A DNA stretch of 64,000 nucleotides from Eledone cirrhosa (GCA_964016885.1 OZ024741.1:127968001-128032000); one strand, 5' to 3'; positions 1-14,017 are shown, numbered from the stretch's first letter. Numbers and translations: made by a program. The notes: generated from the letters alone by a model not told the origin.

Positions 1-26
1 ATAATTGCCTTATGTTGTTTATTACG

Positions 27-80
<54 letters not shown>

Positions 81-83
<3 letters not shown>

Positions 84-197
84 GTTTCTACTTTAGGCAC
101 AAGGCCAGCAATTACCCAGTGCATTACTGGTACTTTATTTTATCGACCCCGTAAGGATGAAAGGCAAAGTCAACCTCGGCAGGATTTGAACTCAGAT
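81..197 (-). mobile_element. tRNA-head SINE family A, partial copy
   Basis: ttttatcgaccccgtaaggatgaaaggcaaagtcaacctcggc..ggatttgaactcag is shared with about 12 other copies in the window; flanked by (TA)n. Confidence 0.85.
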
Positions 198-255
198 ATA
201 TATATATATATTAAAATACAAATATTAATAAAATAGATGTTCTTTTGATCAATTA

Positions 256-310
256 CATTTTATCACACATATTTCGGAGGTACAACAGTACATCCTCACC
301 AGACAAAATA
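256..310 (-). ncRNA. Hammerhead-like motif (variant core CTGGTGA) at the PLE 3' end
   Basis: Minus strand: attttgt CTGGTGA ggatgtac tgtt gtacctcc GAAA tatgtgtg ataaaat; stem II and stem I can pair; core A6>G. Confidence 0.5.
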
Positions 311-1693
311 TAATGATACATGACATACCCTGAGATGTTAAATGGTTAAGATTTAATCAAGGTAGTGATTAACCCAAGAGAAAATTCAACATGTATACCC
401 TAATAATGAGAAAATGTGAAAACGTAATAAATTCAATAGAGAATGTGTGAGTAAGAAAAAACGTTGGTTAATGTGACAGCTATAGAGATTTTAAAATATA
501 GGATACTACAAGTTATGTTTATCTATGAAAACTTCTCTTGAATTATAACAGTGAATGAGGGCCGCTGAGAGGGGATTTAGAGAGAGGGAAAGATAAAGGG
601 GGGTAATATATGCAGAAAGAGATTTTTTCCAAAAGCTAAACGGTTAAGTTTCAAAATATTTAATTTATGTTATTTTAGGGTGAAGAATCAAGATTTAAGG
701 TTTTTTTTTAAAAAGTTGCTGGTTATTTATATTTATTAATTTTATACATTCTATAAGTGTGTTAACATTTCTAAACTTATGAATTTTATGAGGGTAATAT
801 TTAAAGGATTTACCGAAATGAAAATTTACACTGTTGAATATTTTCCTAAATGTAAATTTGAACGAAGATAATCTATGAAGTACTTATTGTTAGAAATATT
901 TAAATAACGATTATGTATATAGGTATATATTTATGAGCCAGTATATTTTAGGTAGATGATAACGAATATAAAGTAATAGATTGAAGCATGTTAAAGTTAA
1001 ATAGATACCTATATATATATAACAGGGTGTAAATGCATGAATTATTCATAGTTCAAAATAGATAATAATCTAGAAATTTAGAAGTTATCTAAAGATTATG
1101 TATAGAGAGATATAGGGAGGTATATATAGATAAATATTAGGCATTAGTGATACAGTATACTTTAGATAAATGATAACGATTATAATCTTATATAAAGGAT
1201 TTCAACGTGTTACAGTTAAATACATACATATATATAAGAAAAACAATAATAAATGCATGGATAATTCAGAGTTCAAAATAAGGTCCATAATAATTTATAG
1301 TTTGGATATTTGCTCTATATTTGAATAATGGATATAAAAATACGGTAGGTATATTTAAAAATTTACAAAAGATAATTACATACATATTATAAATAAGTAA
1401 TCGAAAATGTAAACACATGAAAGATTCACAATTAAAAATAATTTTCGTAAAAATATAAGGGTTGGATATTTAAACTAGAATTTAAAACTTAGATAGGAAA
1501 ATAAAGATAGAGAAATAATGGTATGGATCAGAGTTAATAATATTACGTTATGTATATCAATGTGCCAGCGTGTTATTGAACAAATGTCATTCATTCGAGC
1601 GTTATTTCTTCTATAGATAGTTATAAGATAATGCAATATTAAAGGCCATTAATGTTTTTCCCTGTTGATTATATACGTCTGAAAACCAAGTTT

Positions 1694-2404
1694 TTAATGG
1701 TTTAGTGTTTCTCTCTCTTTTTTTCTAGTGTTGTGGGAGGCTAAAAATGTGGACGTAGCTTTATGAAGGCAACTAGAGAATAATTCACTTTTTTTGTTAA
1801 TTAGGGTCTCATAGTTATTAATAATCAACAGGGTCTTCATTGTACAGAGCGCGCAGTTATTTGATATACTAGAGTTGTAGTAAACTCCACAATTCCGAAG
1901 TTTTGTCCAAAGAATGGAGTATTTTAGATTACTCTCTTTTAATGACCATATGAGCTGTGATAAAGAAGTGGATGATTTCCTCTTGGAGTTCGAGAATGAG
2001 CATTTATGGTTCGCAAATCTGGCTTTAAATGTAGAAGTCGATCCTATGTAGTTGTATGTGATGTGATCAGTTTTTACGGTGCATTTATAAACCAAATTAC
2101 TATCTAGACAATTATTTTGCAAAGGGCATTCAGTTTTATTTCTACAACTACATTTTGGTTTAGTATCATTTATGTTGACTCTATTATTAAGATCATTATG
2201 TTGGTTTTGTTTTAGGATTTTAGTGTTTAATTTGGCAATGTTTTGGGCCATGTTCATAGTTGTAGAATATGAGAATTTAATGGTGTGTTTATTAAAAATG
2301 GAATGGTATTTATGTTGAGTAGGGAAAGAGGTGTCCAAAGCATTAAAGAATAATTTTGCAATTGGTGTTCTAACTGCGACCGAAGCAGGGAGCGGGCAAA
2401 CCAT
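1694..2404 (-). pseudogene. PLE linker + GIY-YIG endonuclease fragment
   Basis: IFNKHTIKFSYS..CSCRNKTECPLQNNC..LVYKC..YIGST..FKARFANH..TSLSQLIWSLK..CALC..LINKKSEL..CLH; frameshifted relative to the upstream thumb fragments. Confidence 0.8.
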
Positions 2405-2806
2405 ATGACTGATTTAGTTCTAGTTCATATGCTCGATTTATTTGGCGTATGGGTGTTTGAATTATAATTATTAGAGTTTCTCTTATATAAGTTATTATTT
2501 TTATCAAGATTAGTACTTGGATTATTATTATCTACATATTCTATATTATTCACATATCCTGCTCTTTTTAACGCGTTGTTGTAGTATTCAGCATTTTCAT
2601 CGAATATAGCTTTATTGGCTGATATTTTATTAATTCGTTTTTGCACACTATTTACTATAGCTTTTTTTTTTTTTTACAGATTTAGGGTGATTGGAATGGT
2701 TACTAACATAGTTTAAGTTTTCATTGGGCTTATGAAAAGGGTAATAGAAGCCAATTATTAAGTTAAACGTAATTTAAACGTAATTTAAACGTAATTTATC
2801 CAATTT

Positions 2807-3024
2807 TTTCTTCTTAGTCCGTAGAAATCAACTAGATAAATAATCTTTTAAACGGAGCTAAGTTCAAAATGTAACTTTGAAGAAATAATAGATTAATGTT
2901 ATTGATATTCCTCTATGAGGAACAGACAGATAAAATTTACCTAGTCTTTCTTCTTAGTCCGTAGAAATATTAACTAGACTAATAATCAATTAAACAGAGC
3001 TAAGTCTAAAATGTAAGTTTGAAG

Positions 3025-3025
<1 letters not shown>
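2807..3025. repeat. Imperfect ~80-bp direct repeat, 140-bp spacing
   Basis: tttcttcttagtccgtagaaat...gagctaagt..aaaatgtaa.tttgaagaa at ~2807 and ~2947. Confidence 0.7.
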
Positions 3026-3096
<71 letters not shown>

Positions 3097-3384
3097 AAAT
3101 GTCTGTGTGTGTGTTATTTCTGTTCCATGTTTAAAATGTTGACTAATGGCGCACCTCTAAATAATACTATTTACTGGGCTTTGTATGTTGTCATGGCCTT
3201 AGATTAGAATAGGTCAAAATGTTGCATTCAACACGTATGTCTAAATCCCATATTAAACACTTTCCTTATTTACTCCGATTCGTATTCGTATACTTACACC
3301 GGGCCCTGACCGACCGTTTCCTATTGTTTCCACGGCAACCCTTACTGATTTCGTCTGTAAAACGGGAAGAAAAGCAGACTGCTT

Positions 3385-3600
3385 GAGGAAGGAGCCCGAT
3401 GAGGTGGGCTGGCTGTTGCAGATGGTGTCTCTGGCCATTCTCTGTTGTAATGCCTTTGCTATTATGTGGTGCAGCTCAAACACTGTTCAGGCAGGGGTGT
3501 AGTATCTGTCCCCCTCCATCTCCATTTCTTTCGTTGCTTTGTTCTTTCTCTTCTTTTCATTTCCAGTTTTGTTCTCTTTAATAGCGTGTTTTGTTTTTGT
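3385..3600 (+). mobile_element. CRE-type non-LTR retrotransposon 3' remnant
   Basis: Manual translation RKEPDEVGWLLQMVSLAILCCNAFAIMW aligns with RCEPRELEWIFQRISLTILRGNDFSIL of the 54.5-kb copy. Confidence 0.55.
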
Positions 3601-3932
3601 ATGAACAGCTTAGTTACTATCAATATATTACTAAAACTCTGTGATTGCTTGCTTGTCTGTAATGTAATACAGCCAAAAGGGCGCATAATGGGAAAATACT
3701 TTGAAAGGAAGTTGACCCTGAAATGGGAATACAAATGGAATAAAACAAATTTCGCGTAAATCGGAGCACGAGTTCCCGAGATATGGGGTTTTTCAAGGTA
3801 CCTTCATAAAGAAAGAGAGGGAAAGAAAGAGAGAAAGAGATGGTGGTTGGGAGAGAGTAGATTGAAAGAGAGAGACATAGAGAGAGGGAGAGGAGACAGA
3901 GAAGGAGAATGGAAGAGAGCTGGTGGTATTGT

Positions 3933-3969
<37 letters not shown>

Positions 3970-4312
3970 GTGAGTATGTGTGTATATATATGTGTGTGTA
4001 TATGTGTGTGTGTGTCTATGACCAGTGTATATTGATCACAGACACCCACACATATATATATGCACACACACACACATACATATATATATATGTATACACA
4101 CACACACACATTTATATATATACATACACACACGTATATATGTGGGCCTTCCAGTTTCATTTCACATTATATACATGTCTGTGTATATTTTAATTATTTA
4201 AAAAATATTTTTAAGTGAACATGATTTTTAAAAAAATTTTGAAGTGAACGTGACCCAACGGGTCACGGGCGGTCTTAAATTACAATATAATATTGGTTTT
4301 TGTGTTTTAAGA

Positions 4313-4369
4313 AATTGGCTGATGAAGCAAGTCGCTAATTCGTTTTGCAGAAACAGAACGTATCCCATG
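4313..4369 (+). ncRNA. Hammerhead-like motif
   Basis: tgg CTGATGA agcaa..ttgca GAAAC agaac GTA tccca; core boxes present, stems short and imperfect. Confidence 0.4.
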
Positions 4370-4559
4370 ACTAAATAGATGTTTTTATTTTTATATTTGA
4401 ATGTTGATTAATTCTGATCCCACTTTATCATATAGATTAATATCACAGCTCTAAATACCAGATTTTATTTATTATTAACTATATATTGAAAGGTTTGTGG
4501 CATTTGTACATCACATTAAATCGACATGAATATGTTATGTTCAAAAGACCTCCATATAT

Positions 4560-4622
<63 letters not shown>

Positions 4623-4651
4623 TTTGTATATATGTATATATATACACACAT

Positions 4652-4700
<49 letters not shown>

Positions 4701-4709
4701 CGTATATCG

Positions 4710-4755
<46 letters not shown>

Positions 4756-5565
4756 GTATCTCCCCCCTCTCTCTCTATGCTTATATATACATATATATAT
4801 ACATACTAATTTAAAGTATCATAGCATATATAATATGTTTGATGAATATGTTTCTCAGCAGGAAAGCTCAATGGTCGTTTGTCCAGAGCATCAATAATTC
4901 AAATAAAAAATATATGTATCATCATAACATATTATATATGTTATGATACTTTAAATATATTTTCCAAATTCTTAATTTGTTGCGCAGCTTGTGCAGCGAC
5001 TGTTTCATCGCGCCTCTTTCTAGCGGACGCGACGGCCAGTCCTATTTATATCTGCCGTCACTGTTAAAAAGTAATTCACACCACGTGGTATGGGTTGACT
5101 ACCTCTCGGGACTTGACAGATATAAAGGTATTTTGTACTTTATTGGAGCTTATAATAAGACGATAAGAAATTTTGATTGACAGGTGGAGAACGAGAAGAA
5201 TCAAGCAGTGGGCAAACATGAGTGACTAGAAATACCGGTGACGTGTACAATTCTTGACCATTCATGGAATGACAACAACAGGATCTAAATCAACAAATGA
5301 AAGAATTCGATGTTAAAGAACAATAGGAAAATCTGCTTCGTAGAATCGAGACGTATCCGAGGACCGCGCGATTTCAGAGTCAGGTTTGATCACCCTATCG
5401 ATCGTGCCTCGAGCTGGTCGCCCGAGAAACAATTGAAATATGTCCAATAAATTCCTTTCGTCGCAACACTGATTCTCTTTTTTCTGTGACATCATACTCT
5501 GCTCTACGAGGGCATCGAGTGCTCATACGGTCTACCGCATACGGACGCTTTAAGCATCCAACACC

Positions 5566-5653
<88 letters not shown>

Positions 5654-6471
5654 TAGCGAGAATCGTATTTCGGCTGAGGAATTAACGAAAAACAACTTCC
5701 GAGATGTGTGGCAAGCGCTCAATGATTCAGATGAACCAGAGCTACAACATACGTTAAAGGCCAAACACACTGAGACGATGGTTAAACAATCATCCGCACA
5801 GCCAAAGAAACGACCAAGTAATTCGGGTCAAACAAATAAAAAATATATGTGATTGAAAATTTTCCCGGACCCCTGGATGGTTGGTAAAATCCACCATTTG
5901 GGTTTCTGCGACTCCTAAATCAAGTACTGTCCGCTTACATAAATAATGTTAGGCTTTTGGTAAGATGATTGAACAAGGAAGCCACTTTTTCAACAGGTTT
6001 TAGTTCGAGTGCTAATTTAAGGAATGACCGTTACCGACCCCACGTGGGGCTCGGCAAGGGAGGCAACCCTTATTTTAGGCGGATATATATATATATATTA
6101 TTTTTTTTTAGCGGCGTGAGTATGATACGCGCTAGTCGCTGTAACTTGTGCTTTTATATCACCATATCGTTCAGTCTTCTTAGATCCTTTGGAGTGAAAG
6201 ATACTAATTTCCTGGGTACCCGCAGAAGAGCACAGGAATGGTGGGTTTCACTTAATAATTGTTGCGAAACAGATTTAGATCTGTCCGGGTATCAAAGGCA
6301 GTTGCCCGATATAGGTTTGTTATTTTTATTGATTTATTATTTTAAATCGAGACAGGCAAACCATATCGTTTTAAATTAGTATTTTTTCAACCTAGTTAAC
6401 TTGGTTATATGCAATTGTAACACATGTATACTTGTATCGGTGTTCATCCCTCTCATATATTCAATTATATG

Positions 6472-6563
<92 letters not shown>

Positions 6564-6627
6564 TAGAACACTGGCGGGTTATATCCGTAGTCCATGGGAC
6601 GAGTTTGGTAGAAGTAGTTATATATAG

Positions 6628-6672
<45 letters not shown>

Positions 6673-6723
6673 CATTACACAAATATATATTACATATATA
6701 TTACACAAATATGATCCTCCCCA

Positions 6724-6767
<44 letters not shown>

Positions 6768-7114
6768 CACACACACACACACACACATATATACATACAT
6801 ACATACATATATACATACATTCATACATACATACATACATACATACATACATACAAACATACAAACATACATACATACATATTGTATATACTCTGAGCCA
6901 AAGGTATCGGATGTCAATTAGAAGATGTAGATCAATGAAGTGGGTAGGCTGAACTGTTTATATCAAACATGTCTGATCTAGTGGAAGGTTCCACCCCATC
7001 TTATGTTATTGCTTCACCTTATTTATCAGTGTCAACACACTCACACATACTCACACACATACAGACACGCACACACACACACATACACGCACGCACACAC
7101 ACACACACACGCAA

Positions 7115-7156
<42 letters not shown>

Positions 7157-7729
7157 ACACACACACTCACATATGCACACGCACACATACACACACACGC
7201 ACACACACACACTCACACACACTCTATCACACACACTCACACGTTCACACACACTCACACACTCACACACACACACGTACGTACGTACGTACACACACTC
7301 ACTCACACACACGTACACACACAGAGACAGACTCTTTCTATTCTTCTCTCATACTCACGCATACACATATTCTCTCTCTCTCTCTCTCACACACACACAT
7401 GTACGAACATACGTACACACTCACACACTTCCCACAAAACACATACACACTAACATACATACATATTTGCACATACTTACACATACAGACATATATACAC
7501 ATACAGACACACACACATAGTTATGGTCCATCTGGTTCCTTACCACAACTCCTATTTATATATTACAAACATTACCCTGCTTATTCCACACCACACGTCC
7601 ACCTTCCAACCACACCACCACCGTCACCTAACACCACCCACATATCCACCATATTTTCATCGTCCATAGTTCAGCCATCATCCCATAATGGCTAAATTCT
7701 CCGCTACACCACATCATATAATACACAAC

Positions 7730-8516
7730 CACCACCACCACCATCATCACCAACAACAGCAGCAGCACCACCACTAACACCACCACCACCACCATCATCA
7801 CCGACACCACCGACACCACCAACACCACCACCACCACCACCACCACCACCACCACCACAACCACCACCACCACCACCACCAACAACAACAATACCATCAA
7901 CTCCACCACCATCACCACCACCACCACCACCACCATCATCACCACCACCACCGACACCACCAACACCACCACCACCACCACCACCACAACCACCACCACC
8001 ACCACCACCAACAACAACAATACCATCAACTCCACCACCATCACCACCACCACCACCACCACCACCACCACCGCCACCACCACCACCACCACCATCATCA
8101 CCACCACCACCGACACCACCAACACCACCACCACCACCACCACCACCACCACAACCACCACCACCACCACCACCAACAACAACAATACCATCAACTCCAC
8201 CACCATCACCACCACCACCACCACCACCACCATCATCACCACCACCACCGACACCACCAACACCACCACCACCACCACCACCACCACCACAACCACCACC
8301 ACCACCACCACCAACAACAACAATACCATCAACTCCACCACCATCACCACCACCACCACCACCACCACCATCATCACCACCACCCACACCAGCAACACCA
8401 CCACCACCGCCACCACCGCCACCACCGCCACCACCGCCACCATCATCACCACCACCCACACCAGCAACACCACCACCACCGCCACCACCGCCACCACCGC
8501 CATCACCACCACCACT
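7730..8516. repeat. (CCA)n-derived higher-order repeat
   Basis: CCA/CAA/CAT triplets with a recurring block accaacaacaacaataccatcaactcc at ~7878, 8007, 8172, 8310. Confidence 0.9.
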
Positions 8517-8551
8517 GCTCTCTCGCCCCCTCTTCCGTCGCCTATCTCTAA

Positions 8552-8619
<68 letters not shown>

Positions 8620-8825
8620 TATACTACTCTTCTCACAACTTTCCCTCTCTTCCGTTCCAAACACTTTCCCGAACTAAGAACGAGCCGTTGCTATGACAAC
8701 GCCTCACCGAAATTTTACTGTAAACACCCGTCCATAACTCTACCTTTTCTCCATCCTCTCCCGTACAGTTCTATCCTACCACAATCCTGCCCCACCCCCA
8801 TACCAACAGCACCTCACGCAATTGT

Positions 8826-10855
8826 CCAACCACTACCACAGTCCCACCACTATACAGTCCCACCACTACCACAGTCCCACCACTATACAGTCCCACCACT
8901 ATACAGTCCCACCACTACCACACTCCCATCACTACCACACTCCCACCACTATACAGTCCCACCACTACCACACTCCCAGCACTACCACAGTCCCACCACT
9001 ATACAGTCCCACCACTACCACACTCCCATCACTACCACAGTCCCACCACTATACAGTCCCACCACTACCACACGCCCATCACTACCACAGTCCCACCACT
9101 ATACAGTCCCACCACTACCACACTCCCATCACTACCACAGTCCCACCACTATACAGTCCCACCACTACCACACTCCCAGCACTACCACAGTCCCACCACT
9201 ATACAGTCCCACCACTACCACACTCCCATCACTACCACAGTCCCACCACTATACAGTCCCACCACTACCACACTCCCATCACTACCACAGTCCCACCACT
9301 ATACAGTCCCACCACTACCACACTCCCAGCACTACCACAGTCCCACCACTATACAGTCCCACCACTACCACAGTCCCACCACTATACAGTCCCACCACTA
9401 TACAGTCCCACCACTACCACACTCCCATCACTACCACACTCCCACCACTATACAGTCCCACCACTACCACACTCCCAGCACTACCACAGTCCCACCACTA
9501 TACAGTCCCACCACTACCACACTCCCATCACTACCACAGTCCCACCACTATACAGTCCCACCACTACCACACTCCCATCACTACCACAGTCCCACCACTA
9601 TACAGTCCCACCACTACCACACTCCCAGCACTACCACAGTCCCACCACTATACAGTCCCACCACTACCACACTCCCAGCACTACCACAGTCCCACCACTA
9701 TACAGTCCCACCACTACCACACTCCCATCACTACCACAGTCCCACCACTATACAGTCCCACCACTACCACACTCCCAGCACTACCACAGTCCCACCACTA
9801 TACAGTCCCACCACTACCACACTCCCAGCACTACCACAGTCCCACCACTATACAGTCCCACCACTACCACACTCCCATCACTACCACAGTCCCACCACTA
9901 TACAGTCCCACCACTACCACACTCCCAGCACTACCACAGTCCCACCACTATACAGTCCCACCACTACCACAGTCCCACCACTATACAGTCCCACCACTAT
10001 ACAGTCCCACCACTACCACACTCCCATCACTACCACACTCCCACCACTATACAGTCCCACCACTACCACACTCCTAGCACTACCACAGTCCCACCACTAT
10101 ACAGTCCCACCACTACCACACTCCCATCACTACCACAGTCCCACCACTATACAGTCCCACCACTACCACACTCCCATCACTACCACAGTCCCACCACTAT
10201 ACAGTCCCACCACTACCACACTCCCAGCACTACCACAGTCCCACCACTATACAGTCCCACCACTACCACACTCCCAGCACTACCACAGTCCCACCACTAT
10301 ACAGTCCCACCACTACCACACTCCCATCACTACCACAGTCCCACCACTATACAGTCCCACCACTACCACACTCCCAGCACTACCACAGTCCCACCACTAT
10401 ACAGTCCCACCACTACCACACTCCCAGCACTACCACAGTCCCACCACTATACAGTCCCACCACTACCACACTCCCATCACTACCACAGTCCCACCACTAT
10501 ACAGTCCCACCACTACCACACTCCCAGCACTACCACAGTCCCACCACTATACAGTCCCACCACTACCACAGTCCCACCACTATACAGTCCCACCACTATA
10601 CAGTCCCACCACTACCACACTCCCATCACTACCACAGTCCCACCACTATACAGTCCCACCACTACCACACTCCCATCACTACCACAGTCCCACCACTATA
10701 CAGTCCCACCACTACCACACTCCCAGCACTACCACAGTCCCACCACTATACAGTCCCACCACTACCACAGTCCCACCACTATACAGTCCCACCACTACCA
10801 CACTCCCATCACTACCACAGTCCCACCACTATACAGTCCCACCACTACCACAGTC
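8826..10855. repeat. Satellite, 50-bp unit (16+17+17 subunits), about 40 units
   Basis: tcccaccactatacag-tcccaccactaccacac-tccca(t/g)cactaccacag; atacagtccc recurs at 9001, 9051, 9101, 9151... Confidence 0.95.
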
Positions 10856-11840
10856 CCACAGTTCTACCTCACTACAGTTCCACCACCACCACCACAGTCC
10901 CACCACCACAGTTCCACCACCACCACAATCCCACCACTACCACAGTCCCACATCACCACATCACCACATCACCACAGTCCACACATCACCACACACCCAC
11001 AGTCCAACCACTACCACAGTCCCACAGTTCTACCTCACTACAGTTCCACCACCACCACCACAGTCCCACCACCACAGTTCCACCACCACCACAATCCCAC
11101 CACTACCACAGTCCCACATCACCACATCACCACATCACCACAGTCCACACATCACCACACACCCACAGTCCCACCACTACCACAGTCCCACAGTTCTACC
11201 TCACTACAGTTCCACCACCACCACCACAGTCCCACCACCACAGTTCCACCACCACCACAATCCCACCACTACCACAGTCCCACATCACCACATCACCACA
11301 TCACCACAGTCCACACATCACCACACACCCACAGTCCAACCACTACCACAGTCCCACAGTTCTACCTCACTACAGTTCCACCACCACCACCACAGTCCCA
11401 CCACCACAGTTCCACCACCACCACAATCCCACCACTACCACAGTCCCACATCACCACATCACCACATCACCACAGTCCACACATCACCACACACCCACAG
11501 TCCAACCACTACCACAGTCCCACAGTTCTACCTCACTACAGTTCCACCACCACCACCACAGTCCCACCACCACAGTTCCACCACCACCACAATCCCACCA
11601 CTACCACAGTCCCACATCACCACATCACCACATCACCACAGTCCACACATCACCACACACCCACAGTCCAACCACTACCACAGTCCCACAGTTCTACCTC
11701 ACTACAGTTCCACCACCACCACCACAGTCCCACCACCACAGTTCCACCACCACCACAATCCCACCACTACCACAGTCCCACATCACCACATCACCACATC
11801 ACCACAGTCCACACATCACCACACACCCACAGTCCAACCT
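10856..11840. repeat. Satellite, 166-bp unit x6
   Basis: gttctacctcactacag at 10861, 11027, 11193, 11359, 11525, 11691. Confidence 0.95.
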
Positions 11841-12439
11841 TACTACACTCCCACATCACCATACCCCACAGTTCCAACTTACCACATTCTTACAGTCCCA
11901 TCACTCCCACAACTACCACACTCCTACAGTCCAACCACTACCACATTCCCACAGTTCCATCTCACCACAGCCTCTCCTATAATACTTCCACTCTACCACA
12001 AACCCACATCTACCACAGTACCTCCCCTACAAAAGCCCCTACCCCTGTCACAGTTTCACCATCATTACCACGTCCCCCGCCATCAATACCACACTCCTTC
12101 AACACCTACCCACCCGCACAACCATACTACCTTCTACCACCCCACTCCACCATACCCCCATCATAACCCCCCCCCCTCATACCACAGTTTTTCTCCCCCA
12201 TCGCCCTCATCATAAATCCCTCCTCCTCCACACCACAGTCTTTGTCCACCACCGCCTCACTCCCCATACCCCCATCATAATTCCCCCTCCCCTCCCCCAC
12301 AGCACAGTCGTTCTCCACCACCCACTCCATTAAACCCCCACCCTCATCATAATCCCCCCATCCATCCCCCACATCACAGTCTTTCTCCGCCACCGATCCC
12401 CACTTCCCCTCCACCATCTTAACAAAACAATGTTAACCT

Positions 12440-12952
12440 CCCCCATCACCACCACCACCACCACCACCTCCACCATCACCACCACAACCACCACCACCGC
12501 CATCACCACCACCACCACCACCACCACCACCACCTCCACCATCACCACCACCACCACCACAAACACCACCACCACCACCGCCACCACCACAACCACCACC
12601 ACCACCACCGCCATCACCACCACCACCACCACCACCACCACCACCTCCACCATCACCACCACCACCACCACAAACACCACCACCACCACCGCCACCACCA
12701 CAACCACCACCACCACCACCGCCATCACCACCACCACAACCACCACCACCACCACCGCCATCACCACCACCACCACCACCACCACCTCCACCACCACCAC
12801 CACCACCACCACCACCACCACCACCACCACCACCACCACCACCTCCACCACCTCCACCACCACCACCATCACCACCTCCACCACCACCACCACCACCACC
12901 ACCACCACCACCACCTCCACCACCACCACCACCACCACCTCCACCACCACCA
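12440..12952. repeat. (CCA)n microsatellite with internal duplications
   Basis: Direct inspection. Confidence 0.9.
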
Positions 12953-13165
12953 GCCAGTGAAGTAGACAACCAACCTTGTTTGTACAAACAACTCAATCTC
13001 TACAATAAATAACAGCTTTAAACAAACATGGTGTCGCCACTGATAAATATATGCACATCACGTGACCAACTGTTGTGTGCATTTGTTGTTGTTGTTGTCC
13101 ATGTTGTACTTGTAATTGCTGCTATTGTTGCTGTTGTTGTTTATGTTGATAGTATAGCTGTCATT

Positions 13166-13221
<56 letters not shown>

Positions 13222-13489
13222 TATCGTTGTTGTTATTGTAGTTGTTGTAGTAGTTGTCTTTGTGGTAACAGTATTTACAGTTGTTTTTGTTATTGGGACG
13301 TTGTGATTGTTGTTGTTGTTGTTGTTGTTGTTACTATTGTTGTTGTTATTGAAGCTGTTGTGGTTGTTCTTGTAGCTTTATTTGTAGTCGTATTTGTATT
13401 TGTTGTTATTGTTGGAGGTGTAGCTGCAGTTGTTGCTCTTGTTGTTGTAGTTGTTGTTGTAGTTATTGTAGTTATTGTTGTTATTATGT

Positions 13490-13654
13490 GAAGACCCTTT
13501 GTTCGGTTGTTTAGTGTTCGACTCATGGTCGTAAGGTCATGAGTTCAAATCCAAGACCGGGTGGTGTGTTATAGTTAAGCGAGAAGACACTTTATTTAAC
13601 GTGGCTTCACACTCCACTCAGCTGGTAAAAGTGAGTTGTACTTGTAATTCAAGA

Positions 13655-13655
<1 letters not shown>
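13490..13655 (+). mobile_element. tRNA-derived SINE family B, degenerate (second copy ~15943-16108)
   Basis: B-box-like gagttcaaatcc followed by aagacactttatttaacg..ccactcagctgg; related to 52135-52350 and 51130-51215. Confidence 0.6.
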
Positions 13656-13716
<61 letters not shown>

Positions 13717-13957
13717 ATAAAATTTGCTCCGGACGTAACACCCGTGTCTGAAAGAACCCACAGAAGTAGAATCAGCCAGATCCATACAAGGACCATGACT
13801 CGAGCTACATGCCGGCGAAACATTTGTAACACGAAATAAACTAAGTCCAGATGCATCACTGATTTTTCGTTTCTTTAGAATATCTACACTCTACTCTGAT
13901 GAATATCGAGAGCTAATTTTGGCATACCGCCTACGGAAGCACCATAGCTACCACTAT

Positions 13958-14017
<60 letters not shown>

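Larger units (their letters stand above)
210..3025 (-). mobile_element. Degenerate 5'-truncated Penelope-like element (Naiad-like) with long AT-rich 3' region
   Basis: RT-thumb remnants (FHKPNENLNYVSNHSNHP at ~2680-2740; ORF 2425-2646), GIY-YIG ORF 1694-2404, HHR-like motif near the 3' end, both ends in (TA)n. Clade name is from recalled motif similarity only. Confidence 0.75.

Noticed and set aside
3290-3483. Minus-strand exon ending at a GTAAGT donor (~3297)
   Set aside because: The overlapping sequence is better explained as a + strand CRE remnant; the minus-strand peptide is unrecognisable.
7628-8618. Poly-Gly / poly-Val ORFs (also 12330-12996, 27838-29091, 62857-63815)
   Set aside because: Triplet microsatellites open in several frames; no unique coding sequence or splice context.
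8822-12166. 1114-aa His/Pro/Thr-rich ORF
   Set aside because: Translation of 50- and 166-bp satellites whose units are not multiples of 3, so the peptide cycles through frames; open only because the C/A-rich strand lacks stops; non-ATG start.
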